DNA of 42,281 nt from positions 1 to 42,281 of IMG/VR virus record IMGVR_UViG_3300032212_000040; one strand, given 5' to 3'. The translations under genes were made by a program, and so were the position numbers. The DNA comes from a virus (taxonomy: Duplodnaviria > Caudoviricetes). Of this stretch, positions 42,020-42,281 are shown piece by piece; position 1 is the first letter of the stretch; every line of letters begins with the position of its first letter. A model generated the notes under the pieces. That model searched no databases. It was not told the DNA's origin and worked only from the letters and a program-made list of their open reading frames with translations.

Positions 42020-42074
42020 GTGTCAACCCCTAAACTAACATTTATTTAATATTGTGTGTTTTAGTTTGTTATGT
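42020..42074. repeat. 55-nt promoter-upstream repeat, copy 2
   Basis: 49/55 identity to 1090..1144. Confidence 0.85.
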
Positions 42075-42115
42075 TTTGGTTCTCTTAAATATAAGTTTCA
42101 AAGTGCTCTTTAAGT

Positions 42116-42281
42116 TGTTGCATATATTGCTTTCTTAATGCTTGAGCGCCAACTATTACTGGTTCGGTTTGCATATCGTGAAGCAACCATTCTAAAAGCT
42201 TTATTGACTTTTCTTTCTGTTTTTCAATTCTGCGATGTTGTTTCATTTCGTTTATATTGTATTCTGCTCGTGGATTGTATT
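42116..42281. repeat. Terminal direct repeat, right copy
   Basis: Equals 1..166 with one mismatch. Confidence 0.95.

Noticed and set aside
1-42281. Stop-codon reassignment, introns/inteins, DGR or retron
   Set aside because: Core genes are intact in the standard code with TAA/TAG/TGA all used as stops; no reverse transcriptase, intein or split gene recognised

Overview
The window looks like an essentially complete ~42.1-kb genome of a tailed, podovirus-type dsDNA phage. It is circularised by a 166-nt terminal overlap. The host is probably Gram-negative, given the spanin pair and a YadA-type outer-membrane anchor. The + strand (2.6-23.5 kb) carries the P22/N4-style virion module: terminase, portal, scaffold, major capsid, adaptor, nozzle, tail fibre, GNAT, three ejection proteins (the last fused to a T4-type lysozyme), holin/spanins, and LamG/SASA-esterase tail proteins. 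The - strand (23.5-36.2 kb) carries replication and nucleotide genes: TOPRIM primase, DnaB-like helicase, family A polymerase, SSB, PD-(D/E)XK nuclease, HNH nuclease, HTH-metallophosphoesterase and dNMP kinase. Many small early genes also lie on the - strand. I see no RNA polymerase, integrase or clear repressor module; transcription appears to rely on many near-consensus sigma70 promoters. The most unusual observations are: (1) two RBS-equipped ORFs overprinted in both alternative frames of the primase; (2) a non-coding RNA island at 36.3-37.1 kb with a promoter-driven ~157-nt tRNA-like RNA, a tRNA with an ACA anticodon but no Cys discriminator, and an ACCA-tailed minihelix; (3) tandem perfect DnaA boxes plus a consensus parS site near the likely genome end; (4) a second promoter-driven structured RNA at 2.1 kb; (5) a lysozyme fused to an ejection protein, with a candidate internal start and a nested out-of-frame ORF. 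All functional calls come from motif recognition and gene order, with no database searches.
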